This document shows, one piece after another, positions 1-14,393 of a stretch of DNA of 64,000 bases. Numbering within the stretch: the stretch's first letter is position 1; each line of letters opens with the position of its first letter. The position numbers and the translations under genes were made by a program. Under the pieces are notes generated by a model. That model was given only the letters and a program-made list of their open reading frames with translations. It was not told where the DNA came from and did not search any database. The DNA is from Octopus vulgaris (lineage: Eukaryota), in assembly GCA_951406725.2 (NCBI GenBank), contig OX597837.1, positions 38,378,001 through 38,442,000 of the forward strand. Reading direction: 5' to 3'.

Positions 1-100
1 TGTCCGATCCGTTGTGATGGATAATCTATGATGAGGGGGTCGAGACGAACAAGTTTGTCGTGTGTCAAGACCAGCGTATTACCCTTCACATAACCACTCA

Positions 101-255
101 CCGTGGCTGAGGGGTGAGAAGTTTGATCCTCGGGCATATAGTTCCGGGTCCAGCCTTACTGCGTGGCACCGTGGGCAAGTGTCTTCCACTATAGTCTCCG
201 GTCAACCAAATATTTATGGTTGGATTTGGTAGGCGGAAACTGAAAAAAGCCTGTC

Positions 256-258
<3 letters not shown>
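101..258 (+). mobile_element. SINE family A (tRNA-like head), 5' half, diverged
   Basis: Aligns by eye to the recurrent head gtggctgtgtggtaag...ggttcagtcccactgcgtggcaccttgggcaagtgtcttctactatagcc...ggatttggtagacggaaactgaaagaagcccgtcg; runs into (TA)n. Confidence 0.8.
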
Positions 259-314
<56 letters not shown>

Positions 315-349
315 CATACATACATATATACTTACATACATATCTATAC

Positions 350-393
<44 letters not shown>

Positions 394-532
394 ATGTGTG
401 TATGTATGTAAGTATGTATGCATGTATGTATATATATATATATATATATATATACTCACACTCGCGTGAAACACATGCACACCCACACACACACACCTAT
501 ATCTATTCATATATATGCACTCACGCACGCAA

Positions 533-578
<46 letters not shown>

Positions 579-974
579 GTGTATGTTCCCATATGCGCAC
601 AAATATGTCCGTATACACGTTTATATACGCACATGCACAAAAAATGCAGGGTCAAAGGTAATATACAGAAAAAAATATCTAAAAATATATACAAAAATAT
701 GTAAAAAGTATATATAAAAAATATAGAGAGATTAAATGTTTGTACGTGGTCACAATATGAAAAGCAGGTTCTATCTGTGACTTTGGGATGGACCAAAAAC
801 GTAATAATTATTTAATCATGTGTGGACATCATCCAAGAAGTTCAGTTATTGAATTCAGACATGCAGCAGGGTCTAAGCTGCTTTTCCAGAGGAGCCATCT
901 TTCCATATCACAAAGACCGCACTTATTATATGATCGATCACCACGCATCCATTTCTAAGTAAGTTTTATATAAA

Positions 975-1034
<60 letters not shown>

Positions 1035-1040
1035 GACAGA

Positions 1041-1115
<75 letters not shown>

Positions 1116-1126
1116 TATATAGAAGG

Positions 1127-1177
1127 AGCTTCTACAGGACTAGAACTGTTTCATTCAAGAGAAATCTTCAGGAAGCT
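1127..1177 (-). ncRNA. Type I hammerhead ribozyme motif (mirror copy in left arm)
   Basis: Exact reverse complement of 1283-1333. Confidence 0.85.
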
Positions 1178-1282
1178 AGTTAACAAGAATTGTATTGGCA
1201 TTTATACATTTAGGCAGGTTTAAAGGGGTGTTGGTGGGGGACCTGCCTAAATGTATAAATGCCAATACAATTCTTGTTAACT

Positions 1283-1333
1283 AGCTTCCTGAAGATTTCT
1301 CTTGAATGAAACAGTTCTAGTCCTGTAGAAGCT
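1283..1333 (+). ncRNA. Type I hammerhead ribozyme motif
   Basis: agcttc-CTGAAGA-tttctcttgaat-GAAAC-agttctagtcct-GTA-gaagct: stem I agcttc/gaagct (6 bp), stem II ttc/gaa, stem III acag/ctgt, intact core, GUA triplet at 1325-1327. Confidence 0.85.
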
Positions 1334-1607
1334 CCTTCTATATAATAAATTAATTTTACTCTGCTATGTATTGAGTACCTTACTTACTGTGGTTAACCCC
1401 GAATCAACCCGGGACCTACATATATATATATATATATATCCCTGTGTGAACCAGAGTACTGGATGTTGTTATACACCGCTTTCTCATTTAAAGTTTCAAA
1501 TGATGCATCCCTGTTGCATCATTTGAAAGTTGATGGAAATAGAATCGTACAAGATTTTGTAAAATGTGTACTTACATATAAGAGAACAAAGTGTACGTAC
1601 GCCTCTG

Positions 1608-1717
<110 letters not shown>

Positions 1718-1839
1718 CGTGTGTGTATAAGTACATGCACACATTTCAGATAGATAGATAGATGGTTCAAATTTGCAGTAAACACAACACGAAGGCAGGT
1801 GAGGGAATAACAAGCAGGTGTATTAGAGAAAGGAAAAGT

Positions 1840-1875
1840 CTTTGACGTTTCGAACCAATGCACTTCGACAGAAAG
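1840..1875 (-). ncRNA. Minimal hammerhead-like motif (no stem III, variant core)
   Basis: Minus strand cttt-CTGTCGA-agtgcattggttc-GAAAC-GTC-aaag; stem I cttt/aaag; one core mismatch, stem II imperfect. Confidence 0.5.
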
Positions 1876-1990
1876 GATTGAGAGGAAAAAAACGGAGAAA
1901 TGTGTAGGGATATTATATATATATATATATGCGTGCGTGCGTGCGTGCGTGTGCGTGTACGTGTGTGTGTGTATGAGGAAGGTGGGAGAT

Positions 1991-2278
1991 GGACCCTCTT
2001 CGGTCATGAATGAGCATAGGATTGCCCTAGAAAGTTACCCTCCGAGGCACAAGTCCAGGCAAGGTGGCTTATGGAAGACCAGTAGTCACCTCCATGCCAA
2101 CGATGTTATCTAAGGAAAAGGCGGAGGTCGATACACCTTGGCAGTGACGTTAACAACTGAATGAACTAGAGTAATGTGAAATAAAGTGTCTTGCTCAAGA
2201 GCGCAACATTGAGTCCAGTTCGGCAATCGAACTCACCACCTCACGATTGTGAACACGACATTCTAACCACTGAGTACA
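1991..2278 (-). mobile_element. SINE family C, diverged
   Basis: Reverse complement matches 44980-45298 (tRNA-like head, cttgagcaagacactttatttcac core, same 3' tail). Confidence 0.8.
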
Positions 2279-2363
2279 AATTTACAGAAAACAAAAGACG
2301 AAGACAGATGAGGAACCAACAAGCAGATGTATTATATATGTGTGTGTTTGTGTGTGTATGTGC

Positions 2364-2419
<56 letters not shown>

Positions 2420-2534
2420 GTGTGTGTGTGCGTAAGTATATGCTTATATGTTTATATGTAGATATATACATACATACATACATACACACACACATGCACA
2501 CACATGCACACACATGCACACAGCACACACACAG

Positions 2535-2587
<53 letters not shown>

Positions 2588-3172
2588 ATATAATTATTAT
2601 ATACAAGAATACAACATAAATAATGTTAAACATCGTCATATTTCGTGGGGTTTCGTCAACCCAACAATTCCGCAAACAGCAAAGTGTATATTTAAACACC
2701 AACATGAACTAATTAAATATACTAAGTAAAGGGGTAATGTCAAATTAAGAAGAAACATTTCAAATTGAATACGTTAGAATATTAATTAATTAAACCAATA
2801 ATTATTAGGTTAAAATTGACGTATACGAAAACAGAAGGAAAAAATTTAAATATTGCTTTGTTTAACTCTTAATGCATTGGGTGGTTACTCTGTAAATTTG
2901 TAAACTGCTCAATTAGGGAGGAGGTCGAAGAACAAGTTAAGTACGGTGAGGAAATATTTGTTGGCATTGGAATTTGAGGAATTGGCGCGTTTTTAAAAGA
3001 AATTGTAAATTACAAGAAGGTTAATTGAATACTTATAATTAAATATGGGATATCGGTTGAACAATGGACACGAATGGATGAAAAGGTAGAAGTATGCGAC
3101 GTACTGAGATCTCGCTTTCTTTATTTTCTGCGTAGTTTACATGATAGATTATTATGGCATTGCAAAGATTCA

Positions 3173-3956
<784 letters not shown>

Positions 3957-3974
3957 TATTAATAACAAACCTTT

Positions 3975-4162
3975 CGACTATAGGCGCAAGGCCTGGAATT
4001 TTGGGGAAGAGGGTAAGTTGACCCCAGTACTTAACTATTACTTAATTTATCGACCCCGAAAGGATGAAAGGCAAGGTCGACCCCGGCGGAGTTTGATCAC
4101 AGAACGTAAAGGCAAATGAAAAACTGCGAAGCGTTTTGCCGACAAGCGAACGATTCCACCGA
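3975..4162 (-). mobile_element. SINE family B, diverged
   Basis: Contains tttatcgaccccgaaaggatgaaaggcaaggtcgacc, the reverse complement of the family B core. Confidence 0.75.
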
Positions 4163-4189
4163 TTTTAATGATTTTCTTTTGGCACATTG

Positions 4190-4718
<529 letters not shown>

Positions 4719-4724
4719 TATATA

Positions 4725-4760
<36 letters not shown>

Positions 4761-4784
4761 TGTATGTATGTATGTATGTATGTA

Positions 4785-4976
4785 GGAACTCTTGAGAGTG
4801 AACGGCTATCCAATAAATGTCTTGAGGCTGTATCATGCGCGGGGACATAGAAATAATCGGACTGAATACCCGATCGCGCGGTTGAATCATTGAGAGTGAA
4901 GGACTCCTAGCCTTTGTTAGGGCATCCTTCTAGGAGGAGGTAACTCAGGTAACTGCGATAACTCCGAAATAAAACC

Positions 4977-4977
<1 letters not shown>
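4785..4977 (+). mobile_element. Fragment of RTE-like 5'UTR-derived repeat
   Basis: Highly similar to 63499-63691. Confidence 0.7.
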
Positions 4978-5027
<50 letters not shown>

Positions 5028-5272
5028 TAGGTTGTAAATTTTTAGTTCAAAATCCCTTTGAAAAGAAAATGGTGACGGCTATCGCTATCCGGAAAATATT
5101 TCAACCTTGTAATTACGCACTATTATTTATAGCCTTATCTGCTTCAAATTCCTCAGTTGAAATTGAATTATTCACGTCTCTCGAAATTTCTTAATTTTTA
5201 TGATGTAAGCAATGCACACACACATACAAACACACACACACATACATATATATGCGCACATACTGATATCAT

Positions 5273-5722
5273 TAAGGCGGCGAGCTGGCAGAATCGCTTA
5301 CGCACTGGGGTCGATGTAATCGACTTAATATCCATGTCTGTCCTTGTTTAGCCCCTTGTGGGTAGTAAAGAAACAGGTATTTCGTCTGCCGCTACGTTCT
5401 GAGTTCAAATTCCGCCGAGGTCGATTTTGCCTTTCATCCTTTCGGGGTCGATAAACAAAATACCAGTTACGCACTGGGGTCGATATAATCGACTTGATCC
5501 GTTTGTCTCTCCTTGTTTGTCCCCTCTGTGTTTAGCCCCTTGTGGGTAGTAAAGAAATAGGTATTTCGTCTGTCTTTACGTTCTGAGATCAAATTCCGCC
5601 GATGTCGACTTTGCCTTTCATCTTTTCAAGGTAGATAAATTAAGTACCAGTTGAGGACTGGTGTCTATCTAATCGGCTGGCCGTCTCCCCCAAAATTTCG
5701 GGCCTTGTGTCTAGAGAAGAAA
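5273..5722 (+). mobile_element. SINE family B with internal ~183-bp tandem units
   Basis: Head taaggcggcgagctggcagaatcg; B-box-like gagttcaaattcc; the core gcctttcatcctttcggggtcgataaa recurs (units start ~5378 and ~5561). Confidence 0.85.
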
Positions 5723-5744
5723 AAATATACTTATATCAGTTGTA

Positions 5745-5827
<83 letters not shown>

Positions 5828-5846
5828 TTATCTATCTGTCTGTCTT

Positions 5847-5882
<36 letters not shown>

Positions 5883-6101
5883 ATATATATATATATATAT
5901 ATATACATACACTCACATATATATGTATATATATATGTATATATAAATATATATATACATATATATATGTATATATATGTACATATACATATATATATAT
6001 ATACACACACATATATATATATATATATAGATAAATAGATATACATAAATATATACAAATACACACACATATATACATATTTATATCTATCTATCTATCT
6101 A

Positions 6102-6142
<41 letters not shown>

Positions 6143-6158
6143 TTAAATACATACAAAT

Positions 6159-6189
<31 letters not shown>

Positions 6190-6499
6190 CATACATGCTC
6201 ATACTCATTCGATGAAATTACGTATGTTATCACGACCGTCGTCACCACCAGCATCGCCACACCATCCCTCACCAACGAAACCAACAATAATAAGAACAAC
6301 ATCAACGACAATATCTGTGTTTGCTACAATGGCGACCAAAGATTGCCGTCAGATAATTTCAGACAAATGTAAACATGGAACTCTCCAAACGACGCGGCTT
6401 CTTTGAAAGGAAATTTTTTTCTTCCGTTTGATTGTTGTATGTGTGTGTTGTCGTCTGCTGTTTTGTCTGGTTAACGTCTGGAGTGTCTGGAGACGGAAA

Positions 6500-7620
6500 A
6501 CAGAAGCAGAAGGAGGGAAGGGGAGCAAAGAAGGAAAGGGATAAATGGATAATAAGAAGGGGGGGGGAAGAAAGGATGAAAGAAGGAAAGTGAAAATGAA
6601 AAAGGAAGAAAGAAAGAAAGAAGGGAAGGGAAAAGGAAAAAAGGGAAGGAGGAAGATAAAACAAAAGAAAGAGAAATAAGAAGAGAAAGAAATATATCTG
6701 AGAAAGAAAAGGTACAAAGAAAAGGAGGAAGGAGGGAAGAAAAAAGAACGAATGAAAGGAAGGAAGACGGATAAAACGAAAGCGAATAAGGAATGAAAGA
6801 AGAGATCGGATTAGGAGGAAAGAAAGAGAAGAAAAGATCGGAAAGGAAGAAAGAAAAGGAAGAAGGAAGAACGAAAAAATAACAATTGAAAGGAAAGAAG
6901 GAAGACGAAAGAAGGAAGATAAAACGAAAGAAAGTGAAAGAAGGAAAGAAAGAAAAGAATGAGAGAATTAAAAGATAGAAAAAGAATGAGTGAAAGAAAC
7001 GGAAGAAGGAAGAAAAGAAAAAGAATGATAGGAAGTGAAAGAAGAAAGGAGAGAATTTAACGGACAAACAGAAAACAGAAAGAAAAAAAGAAAGAAAGAA
7101 AGAAAGAAAGAAAAGAACGGTAAGGAAACAAAGGAAAATGGAATGAAGAATAGAACTAAAGAAAGAAAAGAAAATGGAAAGACAATGAAAAACAGAAAGA
7201 AGGAAAGTAAAATAAAGGAGCGATTAAAGAAAGAATGAAAAAAGAAAGAAAGAAAGAAAGAAAGAAAGAATGAAAGAAAGAAAGAAAGAAGGAAAGGAAG
7301 ATAGAAAGAAAGAAAGGATATGATTAAGAGAAAGAAAGGCAGAAGATATAAAACTGGAAGATAAACGAACGAAAAAGAAAGAAAAAATGAAAGAAAGTAA
7401 AGAAAGCAAAAATGCAGGAACTAAACAAGGAAGGAGAAAGAAAGGAAAGAGATAAGAATAATGACGAATAAATGAATAAGACAGGAAGAAGGAAAAAAAA
7501 AGAATAGAAATGATGAAAGAGAGCGAAAGACGAGGGAAAAATGGGGAAGAAAGCGAAACAAAAGAAGGAATTTAGTGAAAAGAAAGAATAACAGAATACC
7601 AGAATATTAGAATTGTTAAA
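6500..7620. repeat. Polypurine (GA-rich) low-complexity tract
   Basis: Almost exclusively A/G on + strand; yields F/S/L-rich spurious ORFs. Confidence 0.9.
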
Positions 7621-7676
7621 GAAACACCGATTCTTATGGAATGAAAATAAACGCAAAAATATGTTGCTATCATATT

Positions 7677-7791
7677 GGCGCGGGCATGGCTCAGTGGTTA
7701 AGAAGTTCGCTTGGTAACGACCTGGCTTCGAGTTCAGTTCCAATGCGCGGCATCTCAGACAAGTGTCTTCTACTGAAGCCTCGAGCCGACC
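7677..7791 (+). mobile_element. SINE family A head, 3'-truncated
   Basis: ggcgcgggcatggctcagtggttaagaag...ctcgagccgacc. Confidence 0.75.
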
Positions 7792-7995
7792 GATATCGTG
7801 TCCGTATCAGGACAATCACCCCACCCCCTCCCAGCTTAATTCCCCCCGACGACAACTACCCTCTAGGACAATTCCCCACCCCCAACCCGGTTAATTGTCC
7901 CTCTCTAATATAATAAGAAGTTTTAAATCATCATATGTTTTCCTCGGGAGTATTTGTCCTTGGGATGTGGTTATATATATATATATATATATATA

Positions 7996-8420
7996 GGCGT
8001 GTCTGTGTGGGAGGAAGATTGCTTCAAGACAACGTGGTTCCAGGTTCAGTCCAACTGTGTGGCACCTTGGGCAAGTGTCTTCTGCTATAGCCTCAGGCCG
8101 ACCAAAGCCTTGTGAGTGGATTTGGTAGACGGAAACTGAAAGTAGTCCGTCATATATATTTACATATATATATATATTTATATATATATATATTATATGT
8201 TTATATGTATATATATATATGTGTGTGTGTGTGTAGTTCCCCCATCGCTTGACAACCAATGTTGGTGTGTTTACGTCCTCGTAACATTAGCGGTTCAGTA
8301 AAACAAAGTGATAGAACAAGTACTAGGCTTACAAAGAGTAAGTCCTGGGGTCAATTTGCTCGACTAAAGGTGATGCTCCAGCATGGCTGCAGTTAAATGA
8401 CTGAAACTAATAAAAGAATG
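7996..8420 (+). mobile_element. SINE family A, full length with internal microsatellite
   Basis: Head 7996-8152, (TA)/(TG) spacer, tail to ...gactgaaactaataaaagaatg. Confidence 0.88.
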
Positions 8421-8844
8421 CATATATATATATATGTATATAACTGAGATTGGAGGGATAAATTATCCGTGCGAATACCGTATTGGCTCTTAGTTAAGTT
8501 CTAGCTAACGGCTAACCACAACGACCAGTACCCAACGTCTGTGGCTACAATTAGTTGTTAGTCACTCCGTGAATTCTTCCGATGGCTAATTCCGTGTACT
8601 GTTCGCTAGACGGTAAAAATTGTCTGAGGCGTATATTAATTATGATAAAGAGTATGGAGACTTGTATATCCATTAAATTTACTTTATAAATTATATACAG
8701 CGTATCAAAATGACCTACACGTGTTTCTGCTACGGCGACTACTCACTGTCGCAAATGGAGCTTTGCAATATTGTCGGTGCAGCGAAACAGGTGTTGGTCA
8801 TTATAAATGGTGTATATAACTATAAAATAAATTGTTGTTGTTGT

Positions 8845-9570
8845 TAAGGCGGTGAGGTGGCGGAATCGTTAGCATATAGGGCAAAATGCTTAGCAGTATT
8901 TCGCCCGTCGCTATGTTCTGAGTACAAATTCCGCCGGGGCCGACTTTGCCTTTCGTGCTTTCGGGTTCGACAGATTAAGTACCAGTTGAGTACTAGGGTC
9001 GATGTAGTCGATTTGTTCGCTCCCCACAAACCTGAGGCGTTGTGACTCCAGTAGTAAGGATTATTGTTGCTATTTTTGGATAAAGCGGTAAACTGGCAGA
9101 AACGTTAGCACAACAGACAAAATGTGTAGCTGGATTTCGTCCGTCGCTACATTTTGAGTTCATTTTCCGCCAGGGTTGACTTTGCTTTTCATCCTTTTGG
9201 GGTCTATAAAAAAAGTACCAGTGAAACACTGGGGTCGATATAATCAACTTTAATCCTTTCAGGCCTCTGTGCCTTGTTTATCATTATTTTGACTAAGGCT
9301 GCCAACTGGCAGAAACGTTAGCACGCCGGGCGAAAGTCTTAGCGGTATTTCATCTGCCGCGACGTTCTGAGTTCAAATTCCGCCGAGGTCGACTTTGCCG
9401 TTCATCCTTTCGGGGTCGATAAATTAAATACCAGTTACGCACTGGGGTCGATAAAATCGACTTAATCTGTTTGTCTGTCCTTGTGTGTCCTCTCTGTGTT
9501 TAGCCCCTTGTGGGTAGTAAAGAAATAGGTATTTCGTCTACCTCTACGTTCTGAGTTCAAATTCCGCCAA
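8845..9570 (+). mobile_element. Cluster of three SINE family B copies
   Basis: Heads at ~8845, ~9080 and ~9294, each followed by the gtcgactttgcc..tcatcctttcggggtcgat core. Confidence 0.8.
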
Positions 9571-10390
9571 GAGCAACTTGAAAAAGAAGAAAAAGAAGAA
9601 GAAGAACAACAACAACAACGGAAAGAAGAAGCAGAAGAAGAAGAACAACAACAACGGAAAGAAGAAGCAGAAGAACAACAACAACAAGGAAAAGAAGAAG
9701 AATATGAATAAGAAGGAGAGGAAGAAGAGGAAAAAGAAGAAGAAGAACAACAACAGCAGCACCAACAACAAGAATGAAAAGAAGAAGAGGAGGAGGAGAG
9801 GAAATAGAAGAAGAAGAAGAAAAAGAAGAAGAAAAAGAAGAAGAAAAAGAAGAAGAAGAAAAAGAAGAAGAACAACAACAACAGCAACAAAGAGAAGTAG
9901 AAGAAGATGAAGGAGGAGGAGAAGAGGGGAGGCGGTGCTGGTCGTTGTCTTGATAGCTTCTGTGTGTTTGTATGATGTGAAAAGGAGTGAGTATGTGTGT
10001 ATGAAGGTGGGTGGTTGGGTGTTTGTGAGTGTAAGGGTAATGTCACAGAGACGGGGGGGGGGGATCGGTTTTTTTCATACCCGTAATATAATGAACATCC
10101 AGTTTGAAAACAGAAGGAAAAGACCAACGGTAGGAAAAAAAAAACAGGAATTAAGTTATATATATATACATACGTGTTTATATACATATGTGTGTGTGTG
10201 TGTGTGTGTAAATATCACTTATATATGTATGTGTGTGTATGTGTTTATGTGAATGTGTGTACATATTTTTCTCTCTCTCTCTATATATATATGTATGTAT
10301 ATATATATATGTGTATATATATATATATGTATATATATATGTATATATATATATATATGTATATATATATGTGTATATATATATGCATAC

Positions 10391-10439
<49 letters not shown>

Positions 10440-10582
10440 CACGTGCAGGTAGACATGTAGCAACCATGCACGTACTCAGATTTGCAGAAAGGCACATAAT
10501 GGATGCGTGTGTACATGTGACATTCATATACAGCATACATACACACACTGATATATATGCGTGTATATATATATATATATAC

Positions 10583-10635
<53 letters not shown>

Positions 10636-10706
10636 TATATACATAAACATATATATACATATATATATATACATAAACATATATATGCATATATATATAT
10701 ATATGC

Positions 10707-10738
<32 letters not shown>

Positions 10739-11350
10739 GCGTATATATACATATATATATACATAAACATATATATACATATATATATATATATACATAA
10801 ACATATATATACATATATATATATGCATATATATACATATATATATATATATATACGTGTATATACATATACATACATACATACATGTGTGTGTGTGTGT
10901 GTGTGTTTGTGTATATAGTAAATGACGGGTGTTTACATGAATAAAAACAAGGGAACATGAAAGACTCACAACAAATGCAGAATTGATTAAATACACAAAC
11001 ACACACATATAAGGGTGTGTGAATATGTGTGAGTATAATGTATATATATATATATATATGTATTTGTATACATCTGTGTATCTGTGTATATGTGTATCTA
11101 CCATGCAAAAACACATACACGTCCCTGCATGCGCACATAGGCATGTCCACACACACACCTTACAATATACACGCTATACACGCTAATGAAAATGATCGGG
11201 ATGGACAAAAACGGAAAAAGGGAAGAAAAAGAGACGAGAAACAAATTGAGCAATTGCAAGAAAATGCATAAATGATATCAAAGCCTGCAATACGGAAGGA
11301 TGCATGTGTGTGTGTATATATATATGTATATATATATATGTATATATATA

Positions 11351-11413
<63 letters not shown>

Positions 11414-11620
11414 TATATATATATGTATACACAACTATATATGTATGTATGTATATATATATACATATATGTACATATATATATACATATACATATATAT
11501 ACATATATATATATACATATATATACATATATACATATATATATATATATACATATACCAATATATATATGGATATCTATATGTGTGCACGAATATATAT
11601 GTATACGCGCATATACACAC

Positions 11621-11663
<43 letters not shown>

Positions 11664-11727
11664 TAAACACATATATATATACATATTTATACATATATGT
11701 CTATATATATTTATATATAAATATATG

Positions 11728-11780
<53 letters not shown>

Positions 11781-12281
11781 ATATGTATGCATGTATATAC
11801 ATATATATATATGTATATATATATATAGAGAGAGAGAGAGAAAGAGAGAGGGAGAGAGAGAAAAAGAGAGAGAGAGGGGAGAGAGAGAGAGAGACATGGA
11901 TGAGCAGGAGAGAAAGGCTGATATAGAAAAGTAGAAAAAAATAAAAAACAATATATAAATCTCCCTAGAAGTCTGCAAGTGTGTGGAGGTGAGACATCGA
12001 CGGTGGGGGTCGTGGTGGCATGAGGTTGGTGATGAGGACGACGGTGACGGTGGTGTGGGGGCGCGTGGGCAGGGGTGGTTGAGGGCGTGGGTGGTGATTT
12101 GATGTCAGGATTAATCCGTCAATTGGAAGCGACTTTGGTAAAATGGAATAATCAGAAGAGAGAAAAACAAAAGGCAAAATGAAGAATTCCTGGAGCGGAC
12201 CCATGCAAAAATGTCATTAGAATAATGAAGTCCATACTTGGGTCATTCGAGTGATATAGGTGCGTGTGTGTGTGTGTGTGT

Positions 12282-12317
<36 letters not shown>

Positions 12318-12329
12318 ATGTGTGTGTGT

Positions 12330-12850
12330 GTATGTGTGCGATTTTTGTACGCCTGGGTGTGTATGCGTGTGAATGTGTGCGTGATGTCTTGGTGTGTGTA
12401 TGTGTGTGTGGGGGGGAGCGAATGTGTGTGAGTGTGTGCATGTGTGTGTGTGTGCGAGCGTGTGTGAGGGTGTATGTGTGTGACTTTTGTACGCCTGGGT
12501 GTGTATGTGTGTGAATGTGTGCGTGATTCCTAGGTGTGTGTGTGTGTGTGTTAGTGTGTGTGTGTGGGTGAGTGTGTATGTGTGTGGTTTCTTTCTGCCT
12601 AGGTGTGTGTGTCATGTCTGTGTACCTAGGTTTGTGTGTGCGTGTGTGTTTATGTTAGTGTGTATGTGTGTGATTTCTGCACGCTTATGTGTGTATGTGT
12701 GTATGTGTGATGTCTGTGTACCTAGGTGTGTATGTGTGCCTGTGTGTGTGTGTGCGCGTGCAAATGAGTGTGTATGATTTTTATGCGCCTAGGTGTATGT
12801 GTGTGTGAGCGAATGAGTGTGATTTCGCTGTGCCTAGGTGTGTGTGTGAA
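12330..12850. repeat. Degenerate (TG)-based minisatellite with recurring cctaggtgt/cctgggtgt node
   Basis: Node recurs about 8 times at irregular spacing. Confidence 0.7.
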
Positions 12851-13243
12851 GGCGGCAAATTGGCAGAACCGTTAACACACCGGCAAAATACGTAGCCGCA
12901 ATTCGTCTGCCGCTACGTTCTGAGTTTAAATTCCGCCGAGGTCGACTTTGCCTTTCATCCTTTCGGGGTCGATTAAATAAGTACCAGTCACACACTGGGG
13001 TCGATATAATCGACTTAATCCGTTTGTCTGTCCTTGTTTGTCCTCTCTGTGTTTAGCCCCTTCTGGGTAGTAAAGAAATAGGTATTTCGTGTGTCTTTAC
13101 ATTCTGAGTTCAAATTCCGCCGAGGTCGACTTTGCCTTTTGTCGTTTCGGGGTCGATAAATTAAGTACCAGTTGAGTACTTAGGTCGATCTAATCGATTT
13201 GCCCCTTCCCCAAAATTTCGGGACTTGCGCCTAGAGTAGAAAG
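12849..13243 (+). mobile_element. SINE family B, two internal units
   Basis: Same head, core and tail as 5273-5722. Confidence 0.85.
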
Positions 13244-13367
13244 TTGTGTGTGTGGTTGTGTGTGTGTGTGTGTGTGAGTGCGTGCATGTGTGCTTAGGTG
13301 TGTGTGTGTGTCTGAATCGGTCTCTGTCTACCTATCTATCTATGTATCTATAAATGTACGTAGGTGT

Positions 13368-13416
<49 letters not shown>

Positions 13417-13801
13417 GGCGTATGAGTGGCTGTGTGGTAAGTAGCTTGCTTACTAACGACATGGTTCCGGGTTCAGTCCCACTGCGTGGCACTTTGGGCA
13501 AATGTCTTCTACTATAGCCTCGGGCCTACCAAAGCCTTGTGAGTGGATTTGGTAGACGGAAACTGAAAGAGGCCCGTCGTATATATGTATATATGTATAT
13601 TATGTGTTCATCCTCCCAACATCGTTTGACAACCGATGCTGGTGTGTTTATGTGTCCGTAACTTAGCGGTTCGGCAAAAGTGACCGATAGAAAAAGTATT
13701 AGGCTTACAAAGAATAAGTCCTGGGGTCGATTTGCTCGACTAAAGGCGGTGCTGAAGCATGGCCACAGTCAAATGATTGAAACATGTAAAAGAGTAAAAG
13801 T
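13417..13801 (+). mobile_element. SINE family A, full length
   Basis: A-box-like tggctgtgtgg, B-box-like ggttcagtccc, internal microsatellite, tail ending aaagagtaaaag. Confidence 0.9.
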
Positions 13802-13849
13802 GATACATATATATGTATATGTATATATATACATATATACATATGTGTG

Positions 13850-13884
<35 letters not shown>

Positions 13885-14156
13885 TCACACATATATGTAT
13901 ATATATATATTCAACATATTCCCCTCTCAGATTAACACACTTATTGTAGCGGTCCTTCAGTTTCTCTCAGCCCTGTAAAAGAACTCGGAAGAACGGGCTT
14001 CCAACAAGTCCTTTCCCGATACCCTCGTATACATACATACATACATACATACATACATACATACATACACACATACATACACACACACATACATACATGC
14101 ATGCATACATACATACATCCATACATACATATATACATAGATACATACATACATAG

Positions 14157-14192
<36 letters not shown>

Positions 14193-14213
14193 TACATATA
14201 TATATATATATTC

Positions 14214-14259
<46 letters not shown>

Positions 14260-14355
14260 TAATAATAATAATAATAATATATAGTCTAATGAATAGTCTT
14301 TTCTACACGCTAGGCCGCTGGTAGTAAAAAGATTTCTAAATAATTTTTTACTACC

Positions 14356-14393
<38 letters not shown>

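Larger units (their letters stand above)
1110..1350. repeat. Perfect 110-bp inverted repeat (fold-back) in a (TA)n tract, Penelope-like pseudo-LTR remnant
   Basis: 1110-1219 is the exact reverse complement of 1241-1350, with a 21-bp spacer (1220-1240); flanked by (TA)n. Confidence 0.95.

Noticed and set aside
772-806. tat-CTGTGA-ctttgggatggaccaaa-AAC-GTA-ata as a hammerhead
   Set aside because: Both core strands are defective; not distinguishable from chance.
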